Assembly: GCF_004010195.1 (NCBI RefSeq)
Contig: NC_057718.1
Location: forward strand, 55,675,285 to 55,739,284
Origin: Chiloscyllium plagiosum
Taxonomy: Eukaryota
Direction: 5' to 3'
DNA: 64,000 nt
Shown piece after piece: positions 12,161 to 24,276 of the stretch. Within the stretch, counting starts at the first letter, position 1. The number at the start of each line of letters is the position of its first letter. The notes beneath the pieces are model-generated. The model saw nothing but the letters and a program-made list of their open reading frames with translations, was not told where the DNA came from and ran no database searches. The translations under genes and the position numbers were made by a program.

Positions 12161-12579
12161 GGTCTATCTTCATTCTTCCAGAGCAAATCCAATCTAGCCA
12201 CCCATATCTGGATGCAGTTTGTTTCAACACATGATTTAAAATGATCAAAAATGCTTACGAAACCAGTCATATTGCTCCCACTAGAATATTCAGACTTTGG
12301 TCAGGTGTAGAAAACATCCAAAAACACATGGAAGTGGACCAATAGAAATATAAGAAGAAGAAGAAGAAATTCATTAGTTAACCTGTTAAGTGGCCCTTGA
12401 TTCCTTTTAAGTAGCAGTAATGAGAAGTCCTTCGTTCCATTTAACATCATCTCCAGCTGTGTGTCTTACTCTTTGCAGGCTGTGAATAGTCATGAGGCAC
12501 TTGCGGGCAAATCTTGTTAACAAGTTGGTAACCTGCACATTTTCTGTTAAAAGATATCTTGGACCCCATTTTCATTTTA

Positions 12580-13850
12580 TGTGGTTGCCTGAGAGCTTAG
12601 GGAAAAAGCATACCATGACCGAATTTAATCATCTATAGCTTTCGTCTTCCCAATATTTATTTGGAGGAAATTTTTAGTACAGGACTGGATGTCAAGTAAA
12701 ACATCTGACAACAGAGGCCACGTCAAGGTAGCCAGAGGTGAAGTGGAGCTACGTATTATTAGCATACATCTGCAACCTGCTGTAATTTTAATTATGTTAC
12801 AAGCATACAAGTAAATTTTTTTTGAAAGAGGGGGTGATGATGCAGGACCAGTATAAGGTCAATACTGGTGTTTCTCTGGTTATAACTGGATACTGTATAC
12901 AGGTAACAGCAGTTCCACTCAGATGGATGACAGATGATGCTTTGCAGGAATATGGTCAATTCTAGCTGCCAAAGGCTGCAGAAATATTTAGAATGAAGGA
13001 TAGTATGCCAAGTCATACTCATGAAAATTTCAGTGGAAAGCTAGTTGGAGAGGTTCAGACATGACGTTGTGGGAAAGATGGGTACAGATTTAGGAGGCGG
13101 CAGCACATTGAGAATCCTATAAAGGACATGAAGATTAGATATGGGTCTCTAGTTTTCAAGAACCTGAGGGAGATCATAGATATTTTTGAGATTCAGCTGA
13201 GATTTAAGTTTTGATACCTGTTTCTACATCAGGTTAATTTTGTGGTTACTACTGTCAATTCTGCATCAGCAGTTTATCTCTTCAAGGCCAGTACCTGATT
13301 TTGAGCCCACCACTAAGTCTTGAGAGTGCTATGCAGCTGTGGAAAACAAATGTAGTTTTGTCATGAAGGCTACTTATTTTTATTATTGTGTTCCTTCACA
13401 AGTAGCTCATTTTTGAGAATTTTGTGTTTAGTGTTGAAGAAACTGTTGATCAGTAAGGAGGCAATATTTGGAGCCTTAAAGGATGCTATGGAGGCAGAGT
13501 GCATTTGGGCTAAATGTGGGCTGATGATTGGAGTTTTCTGAAATGTGATGGTTGACTGCAGAGATGATAGCTCAAGTGGAGCTTGGTTTTAGAGGTGGTG
13601 TGGGGCAGGCAATGAGCACGACAGCATTGGCTGATCTCTGAGGAGGCAGTTCCAGAGCAGAACATGAAGCAGAGGCTCTTGATCAATTGTACAGTACGTA
13701 GCTTGAAGTTGTAGCTTGAGGAACATTTTGCATGGGCAGTTATGCAACAGAGGATCATAGTGGGGCTTGGAGAGAGTATTGACTGGTCATGAAGAAAGGT
13801 TGTAGCCAACAGAAGGGTGACTAGAAGTTGCTATTGATGGCCTATGGCAT
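12580..13850 (-). mobile_element. Degraded L2-like LINE fragments
   Basis: Minus strand CRCMLII(YADDT-like)...LLDIQSC..NFLQINIGKTKAI, typical of L2 RT C-terminus. Confidence 0.5.
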
Positions 13851-14119
13851 CTCATAGATTCCCAGATGTGAGCTTCTAAATTTGTTCAACTTTGTCCCAT
13901 TTAGCATGGTGATGGTACTCTCCATTTTATTGTGAGGCATGATGATTGTGAAGACTCAGTGTGGAACACACAGGGTAATGCAATCCCACAACCAACTGAT
14001 CAGATCTAAGCTCTGCACTCCTGCCATTTCCACTAGAGAACGGTGGTGGACAATTTTGAAAAGCTAAAGAAAGTGGAGGCACCACAAACATGCCAATCTA
14101 TAAGGATTGTGCAGTAGTC

Positions 14120-14540
14120 ATAGAATCCCTACAGTGCAGGTATAAGCTATTCAGTTCAACAAGCCTGCACTGTGACCCTTGAAAGAACATCCTACCCTAT
14201 CCTCATAATCCCACATTTACTATAGTTAACCCACTTAGCCTGCACACTACAGATAGACAAGCAGAAGGCTGGAAGAACACAGCAAGCCAGACAGCATCAG
14301 GAGGTGGAGAAGTCAATGTTGCAGGTGTAACCCTTCTTCATGACACTACAGGGCAATTTAGCATGACCAATCCACATAACATGCACATTTTTTGACTCTG
14401 GAAGGAAACTGGAGCATCCGAGGAAATCCACACATATATGGGGAGAACGTATGAATTCCATACGATCACCCAAGGCTGGAATTGAACCTATGTCTCTGGC
14501 ACTGAGGCAGCAGTGCTAACCACTGAGCCACCATGCTGTC
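14120..14540 (-). mobile_element. V-SINE (HE1-like), older copy
   Basis: Reverse complement of 29567-29880 (ggcagcagtgctaaccactgagccaccatgc head; ggaaactggagca..gaggaaatccac V domain). Confidence 0.85.
14253..14342 (-). mobile_element. Short PLE pseudo-LTR (further family) nested in the SINE
   Basis: TSD acactacag (14244-14252, 14343-14351); gaacacagcaagccagacagcatc resembles family A; decayed hammerhead tgaagaagggttacacctgcaacatt on minus strand. Confidence 0.65.
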
Positions 14541-15127
14541 CTCTAAATTGGTAGTCACTTCTAACAATATTGTCAAGGATAGATGCATCTGTGACCAGTA
14601 GATTGGGGAAAATGATGATCAAGTGGATTTTTCTCCCTCTTGTTGATTTCCTCACCATCTGCCACAGTTCAAGTCTAGTAGCTATGTCTTTTAAGATGAG
14701 GCAAGATCAATTTGTAATGGTGTTACTGAGCCACACTCAGTGTTGATATTACTGTCCCCCATCTTTAGTTCATTCTGTGTCCTTGCCACCCTCTATGCTT
14801 CCATCAAGTGGTGTTCAATATGATGGAGTACTGATTCAGTACATTTGAGCTTAAGAAGTGGTAATCAGCTGGGGAGTTTTGCCTATGTGTGACCTGTTAC
14901 TATGAGACTTCTTGGGTCTAGAGTGAATGTTGTTGAGGACTCACAGAGGAACTCTCTCTTTCCTGTCTGGTTATCACTGTGCTACCACTTCTAGTGGGTC
15001 TGTCTTGCTGCTAAGATGAGTCATACCCAGGGATGGTGATGGTGGGGTGTGGGGCATTGTCTGTAGCATATTATTTCATGAGTCTGACAGTCAGGCTGTT
15101 GCTGGACTTATTTGTGGAACTAGATAT

Positions 15128-15658
15128 TGTTTTACTAAGTTGAGCTTTTATAACCTACAGAAAGTACCCAGAGATCAGAAGTGGGTTCAGTTCATACCAG
15201 CTGATGTACTGTAACAGCCTAAAAGTAGTTAAAACCTTGAGATATTCCTAAATTCCATGATAAATGTCAATGAATTAGTCAGTGTTCTGTGTGTTGGGGG
15301 AGAGTTGGTAATGAAAAGAATCCAGTACAGTTAATGTGCAGAAGTTTACCAAAATAAATGCTTTTTATAGTGAAGATGGGAGTGATACTTCACTGGAGTG
15401 GAATGTCTTAAAAAGGAGATTGCTGGGAAAATTGGTGATTTTAATTTCTTTTTGTCTATGTGAAGACTTTCCAAATTGCTTTCTGTAACGTTATAAACTT
15501 AGTTTTTTCCAATAATAGTGTTTTAGCAGCTTTTTAAGAATATGTCTGACTGAGGACCACCATAACCGAGTTTCTAAATTAAAACTTAGGGTTGATGAGG
15601 CCAGGTTTCACTCTGGAATATGTCTTCTCCAGCGTTACTACCAATTGTGATCATAACA
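15128..15658. repeat. Dispersed repeat, possible solo LTR
   Basis: Collinear similarity to 42119-42790 (gtaatgaa.agaatc, aatgtgcagaa, tgatacttcactgg, ctttccaaatt, ...taaca end); TG...CA plausible, no TSD seen. Confidence 0.4.
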
Positions 15659-16129
15659 CTTTGGCATAGCACACCAGATGCATGCAACATGGGAAGCCAA
15701 AGGCAATCTTAATATGGCAGGAAAACACTAAAGTGGAGAATGTGTTAATGAGGCATGAGGGTAGCGCTTTGCAAAGATCTGTCGTGCAGACACCAGGAAG
15801 GTATGCACAGACTTAGCTGCAGGCGCTGTTTAGATAATAGCCCCAAGTGGATGATAATCGTGTGATCACTACTTAATGGATTTGCAGATGTGTTCCAAGG
15901 CCTCAAGTTTACAAATGTTGCTCAAGGTTCAACCCAATACCTATCAGTCTCCTCAAATGTCACTCATGATATTGAGTGTCACTGGTCCACACATTGCAAA
16001 ATTGATTGGGAATTAATTTCAGCATTATTAAATATACATGATTAAAGTGGAATTAAGCATATGTACATCTGAAACACTTCTAAATAGTTAGACACCTCTG
16101 TTCGTGTAATTTCTTATTTTCTGTTTTCT

Positions 16130-18968
16130 AAGCACTCTGCTGAGATGCTGACAATCTGCTGACTGCTTCCTCAGTTGCCTATGATGACCCCGGTGGCTGT
16201 CATCTCTGATCTGGCACCTGGAGGACTTTGATTTGCTAAGGGTCTCCTGCACAGCTGCAAGTGTACCATCCTCAGCCTGTCTGGTGGAGGTGATGGGTGT
16301 CTCTGGTTAAAGGGAGGCAGGCTCCATTCGTATCCGAGAATGAAGGCTCCAGGATGCCTTGTTAGCAATCTACCTCTCTGGTGCAAAATCACACTTCCTC
16401 TTCTTCACAAGGACACAGAGCACCTGGAGGGATGTCAACATGCCAGGTCTAATGTTCCCTCTAAGCTGTGAGTTGCACAGCTGATCTGAGGTTCCATGAA
16501 TGCTGATTGGTATACTGATGCATTGTCTTCCAGCATAAAGTTAAAAAATGGAGAGTTTATTGGCGAGGTCTCCCTCTCCCTTTGCAACTGTAACTCTACA
16601 TCTATGTCTATGTCACAGCCATGTGTAAAATGCAGGTGTGAACACATAACCTGCACCCACTGAATGCTGTGTCTGATCAGACCATTATCAGTTTTTGCCA
16701 CCTTCTCCATGAAGGAAAGCAACTGCTCACTTGCCAGAAATTTGTCGGTACTCATGAAGCTGTTATGACAATGTATAAAAGGGACGTTAGCCTTTCCTGA
16801 AGTCCATGCAAGACCTCTGGCATCTCTACCTGACATTTGAGGTCCATGTCTTTTATGTCTGAATCTGAAGGCTCATCATCTGCATGAGGCTTAGAAGGGT
16901 CCTTGTCTCCAATATTTCAGAATGTCTACAACCTCGGCTCCTACATCCTCCGGCTGTGGAGAAGTAATTGTGATGTGCTCAGCAGATTGTGATCCTGATC
17001 CTAAACTACAATGTCAACACCTTGATGAATGTCTTTGCTTGTGGAGAATACAGTTTAATACTGTTACAATGCATCCTCTTGGATTCTAAGTCTTTATCCT
17101 CAGAAATAGAGCTAGGGAGGCATTCTAAATCTTTATCCTCAGAAATAGAGGCATGATAGGTTGCCTCTACCATGTAGATTGCCCACCTCCAAACAGACCC
17201 CACCACCAGGGATATATTTCTCTCCCCACCCCTATCAGCGTTCCGGAGAGACCACTCCCTCCGCGACTCCCTCGTCGGGTCCACACCCCCCACCAACCCA
17301 ACCTCCACTCCTGGCACCTTCCCCTGCAACCGCAAGAAGTGCAAAACTTGCGCCCACACCTCCCCCCTCACCTCCCTCCAAGGCCCCAATGGATCCTTCC
17401 ATATCTGTCGCAAATTCACTTGCACTTCCACACACATCATTGACTGTATCCATTGCACCCGATGTGGTCTCCTCTAAATTGGGGAGACAGGCCGCCTACT
17501 TGCGGAACGTTTCAGGGAACACCTCTGGGACACCCGCACCAACCAACCCAACCGCCCGTGGCTGAGCACTTTAACTCCCCCTCCCACTCCGCCAAAGACA
17601 TGCAGATCCTTGGCCTCCTTCATCGCCAGACCCTGACCACACGATGCCTGGAGGAAGAGCACCTCATCTTCCACCTAAGAACCCTCCAACCACACGGGAT
17701 GAATGTAGATTTCTCCAGCTTCCTCATTTCCCCTCCCCCCACCTTATCTCAGTCCCAAACCCCGGATAGCCTCATTCCTGAAGAAGGGCTTATGCCCAAA
17801 ACGTTGATTCTCCTGTTCCTCGGATGCTGCCCGGCCTGCTGTGTTTCCAGTACCACATTTTTCAACTCTGGTCTCCAGCATCTGCAGTCCTCATTTTCTC
17901 CGAGTTGCCTCTACCATGTGGTCTTTCTGCCAGAACTTTCAGAGGAGAATATAAAGTACAAGATGATGGTAACACCCTATTCCTATTCACAGTGATATTT
18001 CAGGTGCCTGTTCTGTATGTCCATCGAGCGACAGCAACATGGAGGCATCTATGTTGGGAGACTTTGATTTCTCCATCCACAGAAGCTCAATCCCATCTTT
18101 CCCCAACAAGTCCTACAGCCTTCTCCAAAAAGAAGGTGAGAGTTATTTTAAAAATCTTCCTGTTTTCCCCCAGCGATTATGAGTTCTTCTGCACTCCGAA
18201 TGATTGTCATTCCTATGGATGCATAACCATTTTGTAAGCATGTGCACCTGAGCCCTCCCCAGTAGGTGCTTGGGATCCACTCTTCTCTGCAACTGAAACA
18301 TTTATGTAGTGAATAGCTTCCTGCTCATTCAACCTACATATTTCATCTGCTGATTACACTGCTTGACATCCTATGAGTAGCTCTTTGCAGTTTCAATATG
18401 CTGCTACCTACCCATGTGGAACACAGCAGGTTATTTATTCTTTTCCTGTACTGTACCCATGTTCTGGAGTGAACCCACTGGTGCTATTCCTTGCTGCAAG
18501 CTCTATTCAGGCCACCTTGGACAGATGGGAGGAACTCTTGCCATTGGGAAATAGGTTCTCCTCCAGTACATCCAGGAAAGTGAAGAGATCCTTTGTTTGA
18601 GACATTGCTGAACTGTGGAGCTGCTCATTATCTTTTTGGAGGCATCCTAAGCAACAAGACAGCTGGGATTGAGAAGGACTCAATAATTGTCTGCGGTATA
18701 AGTCCCAGGTTGATGTCCTTGCTTGCAATGAATGAATAGCTATCAAGGTGCCTTTTAAATAATACACTTGGACCATTGATCCTACAAGACAACAATGGAT
18801 CATTGACATCTTGCTCACCATGCCACAGGATTTACTGCCCTCCACATGCATATCTAATTGGTTGACCACAACATAATGGTGTTAGAAAAGCTGTCCTGCC
18901 CAAAAACAAAGTGATGCTCATTTCTGGTCCTGCCACCAAACTTGCCCCCAGATTAGAAGATCCTACCC
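16130..18968 (-). mobile_element. Decayed PIF/Harbinger-like transposon, Myb/SANT-like ORF relic
   Basis: Minus strand 18410-18610 reads DLFTFLDVLEENLFPNGKSSSHLSKVA*IELAAR...RTWVQYRKRINNLL then a gtaggtag donor-like site, matching the trihelix Myb/SANT pattern (LFP..W.E.A...RTWxQCRKRxNDL); extent inferred. Confidence 0.5.
17176..17903 (+). mobile_element. Neptune-type PLE 3' fragment (autonomous-type parent of family A pLTRs)
   Basis: Perfect 16 bp TSD gttgcctctaccatgt (17160-17175, 17904-17919); GTFPCNRKKCKTC linker, CIHCTRCGLL*IGETGR..ERFREH GIY-YIG, VAEHFN; ends in family A pLTR and tail. Confidence 0.9.
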
Positions 18969-19973
18969 ATTAACTGGGATCTTTGTGCAAGATTCACAGT
19001 GTCTTTAAATTTAAAAGCTCATAATTACTCTGAAGTTCATCATTATCTTTTGATTACACAATGGCTTGTAGTATGAATTTTGTGTTACCTAAGCCACCAT
19101 TTAAATTAAAAAGATATCATTAAAATATGTGTGGCTATATTTTTGATGTTCTTTGCCACATATGTATGTTCTACAATTACACTTCTGTAAATTAGAAGGG
19201 ATAGCTCTTTTAAAATTAAGTGGTGCATCAGGCCTAGAAGCAATGTTGAAAGAATTTCATAAAAACTCTTTCTCTGAAAAATATTTCATTTAAGCAATTT
19301 TATTATTTAAAACAATGGTCTTGATTATGCAGCCAGTAGTAAAAGAGCATCTCTAATACTACTTTTCTTCTGAGGAACTGAGACTTCACATTAATTTAAT
19401 TTTTGCGGCCACAGAGGTATTTCAGCAATTATTTATCATTTATAATGCCATTAAAAACATTCTTGCACATGAATGCATCAGCCTAACTTTTACAGCCATA
19501 TTTAGTGTGAATCTAGAGGTCAAGTACATGAATTTCCAGTTATTTTAATATGGAACCTAATAGTGACAACTGTAATAGCGCACAGGATGGAAGAGCAAGT
19601 TATCCTTGAACAAAACTTCTGGATTTCCACCATTTACTGTGCATTTGCCATTGTCAGATGTTGCTGCTCAATTTACCCCATAATAATGGTGAGTGCTATT
19701 CACTTCTGTATTATAATCGCAGCATGACTTGCCTGCATTGTTTCCTTTAAATGCAGAAAGACTGGGAGTAACCTCCTAGTGAAATTTGCAGCTATAGTTG
19801 ACCAAGCATTGTTTATTGTTTTGAGCAAAAATCCATTTTGGCTTTGTGGTGTCTTGTAAAAAAAATTATTCTTATATTTTGGTACATATTGAATGAAGTT
19901 ACATGACAATATTTACCTTAAAATGTAGAAATTTGCATTTTGTTGGCTATTAAATTGAGCCAACACTATTTAT

Positions 19974-20526
19974 GGGAGAAAGTGAGGACTGCAGATGCTG
20001 GAGATCAGAGCTGAAAAATGTGTTGCTGGAAAAGCGCAGCAGGTCAGGCAGCATCCAAGGAGCAGGAGAATCAACGTTTCGGGCATAAGCCCTTCTTCAG
20101 GAATGAGGAAGGTGTGCCAAGCAGACTAAGATAAAAGATAGGGAAGAGGGACTTGGGGGAGAGGTGTTGGGAATGCGATAGGTGGAAGGAAGTTAAGGCG
20201 AGGGGTTCTCCAGCTTCCTCATTTCCCCTCTCCCTACCTTATCTCAGTTCCAACCCTCGGACTCAGCACTGCCTTCTTGACCAGCAATCTTCTTCCCGAT
20301 CTCTCCGCCCCCACCCCCTCTCCGGCCTATCACCCTCACCTTAACCTCCTTCCACCTATCGCATTCCCAACGCTCCTCCCCAAGTTCCTCCTCCCTACCT
20401 TTTATCTTAGCCTGCTTGGCACACCTTCCTCATTCCTGAAGAAGGGCTTATGCCCGAAATCTCGGTTCTCCTGTTCCTTGGATGCTGCCTGACCTGCTGC
20501 GCTTTTACAGCAACACATTTTTCAGC
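19974..20526. mobile_element. PLE inverted pseudo-LTR insertion, family A, just upstream of the EML6 exon
   Basis: TSD ccaacactatttat (19960-19973, 20527-20540); ~195 bp inverted arms 20010-20204 / 20333-20526. Confidence 0.9.
20071..20102 (-). ncRNA. Minimal hammerhead ribozyme motif
   Basis: Reverse complement tc-CTGAAGA-a-gggc-ttat-gccc-GAAA-c-GTT-ga; stem I only 2 bp. Confidence 0.6.
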
Positions 20527-20610
20527 CCAACACTATTTATCCAGCCTGTGTTTTTAAAATGTGAATAAAATATGGAATTTTCTGTGTTAATTGACCAAAT
20601 ATGTTTTTAA

Positions 20611-20841
<231 letters not shown>

Positions 20842-22639
20842 TGACTGCCATGTTTTTATTGATATGTGCTGTCTATCAATAGTAAATGTTGCCCTAATAC
20901 ATCAGATACCTATGTTCCAAAGATTTACAACTTGGAAATATTTGTTTGGATAGTGGCATTATGCAGACTACTGGAAGCAGGCAGTGCCACAGGTTGCACT
21001 GGTAATGGTATCTGGCACTGCTTGTCCTCAGAAAATTAACTAGAATCACCAGGAGTGGTGTAATGAGAATTACTTTCTTCCCCACATTTAATATTTTCTT
21101 GCCTTTACCTTTCAGTTTCTTATGTACTTTTCAATCCACATTTTCTTTCCTCTTAGTAACCATCAGTACTTTATCCAGGTGCTGAAAATCTAGAACTAGG
21201 CTGTGATGTAGGCAAACTTGATCCTAGCTTTTGGTTGAACTTTCCAGAATGACCTGTTAAGGAGAAGCTCCCAAGATGTCTTTTAACATAAATGGGAGCG
21301 AAAAGTCCCTTTTTTGGGGTGAATTCACCTTTGCTTATAGTACATGGAGGTATGGCTGGCTATCCATAGGTCCAGATTGTGATTATACTATAGATTTCTG
21401 AAACTAAGCAAGTCATGTTTTGAAATTTGCAGTGTACCTTCCTTATAAAAGGACAATTGGGTATAAAATGAAAATCTCTTGTGAGGAGGGGACCCGAACC
21501 AATTCTCAAACCCACCAATCACTTGCTTTTTAAACTGGAATTTGTGCCTCCATTAGTAAGTGAATGCTGAAGAACTACTTCTAGCAATGGTTAAGTTAGG
21601 ATATTTTTCCTGATGTTAGAGTATCTATCATGAACAAATTTCTGATTGTCTGTCCTCAATATTTGTTAGAGATGCACCACATTGCAGATTTCTGGAGCCC
21701 TGTACCTAGAAACACAATAACTATGCCTGTTCGTAAGGCACAAAACAAACATTTAAACATCCAGTATGTCAGTCATTATGCAATATTCATTGCAAGTTGG
21801 AAATTCGTTGCTCACCACATTGAGAGTTTGGAAGCTCCATTTGTGTTCAGGGCACATGCCATAACTTCTTAAATTGATGAATAAAATATTTGAATTAACT
21901 TGCTTTCTGAATTAACACTGTCCAAATTTAATTCTGACTGCTAAGGGAAAGAATTTGCTGGTGCTACAATGTTATAGGTTGAGCTGTAGTGATAATCAAT
22001 GTGATACTTTTGGGATAGGAGAAGGAAGACATGGGGATGTGGCAAGAAGACCATGAGCAATTCATAGAAGAAGGAAGAGAAGGACAATGTGCAGGAGATC
22101 ATTATATAAGCAGAACTTAAATGATCAGTTCTTCTACATGAACTTACTGCACAAGGAATGCTTCAGATACATTGCCTTTACATAGAAAGTCTTAATCGAA
22201 CTATATCATCTGTTAAAGCTATCTGAGACTTACACCAGGGGATAGACAAAACTGCCTCTGACACAGAGGAGAACAGACATGAAGGAAAGAAGAGGTTTAG
22301 GAGTGAACAAAGAAGTAAACATAAGCGAGCCATTTTCCAGATACACTGTAAAGTTTGGTCATTATTATCTAGACCAAGTGTGTTTGACTTCAAGAATTCT
22401 CTGCTTATTTGGAATTGCATGTGCACTTATCTCTTTAAAGGAATTCTCATCAGTTGTGATTTCGCTTGGATCTAGTTGAAGAAGGATGAATCATGAACTA
22501 AGGTTTTAAATTTGGATGACATGGACTCTGGAGGGATGGGAAAAAACTGAAGGCAGTGCAAAGGGCTGATGTATTAATGGGTAAAACTGCAGGCGAATCA
22601 TTAGAAGCATTTAACTATTTAGTAAATGTAAGAGCTGTG

Positions 22640-24122
22640 CATGCCAATGCAAGGAAAGCGACGGGCCCGGACAGTGTCCCCATTCCAGCACTCCGATCCT
22701 GTGCAGATCAACTGGCAGAGATATTCAGTGACATCTTCACCTTCTCCTCCTACAAGCCATAGTCCCCACCTGCTTTAAGAAGACCACCAACATCTTCATT
22801 CCTAAGAAAGCACATGCAGTGTGCCTTAATGACTACTGCCCAGTGGTCTGACCTCTATAATCATGAGATGCTTCGAGAGGCTGGTCAATTCTAGTCTCCC
22901 AGCCGGCCTTGATCCCCCACAATTTGCCTACCAGCGTAACAGGTCCACAGCGGATGCCATATCCCTAGCCCAGCATTTGATCCTGGACCATCTAGACAGC
23001 AAGGACACCTATGTCAGACTCCTATTGATTGACTACAGCTCCCCCTTTAACATAATTATGCCCTTCAGACTGATGTCAAAACTCCGTGACCTTCGTCTTG
23101 GTGCCACCCTCTGCAATTGGATTCTCAACTTTCTGACCCTTAGACTGCAATCAATGAGGATAGGTAACTACACCGTTCACATGAAAACCTCAACACTGGA
23201 TCCCCCAAGGATCCATCCTCAATCCCTTAATGTACTCCCTATACAGCCACGACTGTGTTGCCAAATTCTAAATGAATGCCATCTATATGCTCACTGACAA
23301 CACGATTAATAGAATGAATATCTAACAATGACGAGTCAAAATACAGAAGGGAGATAGAAGGTTTGGTGACGTGGTGCAATAAGAACAACCACTCTCTCAA
23401 TGTCAATAAAACTAAAGAACTGATCATTGACTTAAATAAGAAAGGATGAAAACACACCCCCACCCATGTCAATGGAACTGAGGTTGAAAGGGTGGAGAGT
23501 GTCAAGTTCCTCAGAGAGATGTTAACTGACAATGTGTCCTGGTCTTCCCATGTAGTTGCGACGGTCAAGAAGACATAGCAATGCCTCTTCTTCCTCAGGT
23601 GGCTCAGGAAATTTGGCACATCCATAAGCACCCTCACCAACGTCAACAGATGTACAATTAAAGGCATACTATCAGGGTTCATAAAGGTCTGGTGTGGCAA
23701 CTGCTGTGCCCAGAATTGTAAGAAACTACTGAGGGTGGTGTACATAGCCCAGGCCATCACGCAAGCTTTACACGGATCACGGCCCAGAAAGGCTGTCAAC
23801 GTCATCAAAGACCCTTCGCACTCCTTCTCCTACAACCTCTTCCACCCGGCAGAAGATACAGAAGCCTGAACACATGCACCAGTAGATTCTGGGACAGCTT
23901 CTTCCCGTCTGTTATTAGAGTATTGAATGGACTCTCTATGCTCAAATATTGCTGATCTTGCAAACATTGATCTCTCTTGAATGCCCTGTGCAATGTTATC
24001 CATATGCCTCCATCTAAATCTTTTGTTCTATACATCCTTACCTACTATGATCTACCTGCACTGTTCATAATCAAAGCTTTTCACTGTGCTTTGGTACAAT
24101 GACAATAAATAAATCAATCAAT
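22640..24122 (+). mobile_element. Rex1/Babar LINE, 5'-truncated and decayed
   Basis: [69 protein letters not shown]; aataaat(aatc)n tail. Confidence 0.9.
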
Positions 24123-24276
24123 GCCCTAACTGGAAATATCCACTTGTGTAATTTAAAGAACCTTGGTCAAAAAGAGAAGTGAAAGGTAGTAAACCAAAAG
24201 GTCTATATGAATTCCAAAATCTAAGGCTGTATTACTCAAACAAAAGTTGTATTCCTTAGAATTTGGAAAGTTAGAG

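Larger units (their letters stand above)
13850..15120 (-). mobile_element. CR1/L2-group LINE fragments hosting a SINE
   Basis: Reverse complement of 51380-52000 (gacagtcaggctgttg, tgagacttcttgggtc, tgccaccctc..tgcttcc); a short plus-strand piece near 13975-14110. Confidence 0.6.

Noticed and set aside
22430..22500. CTGATGA on the minus strand as a hammerhead
   Set aside because: No properly spaced GAAA or stems and no PLE context.
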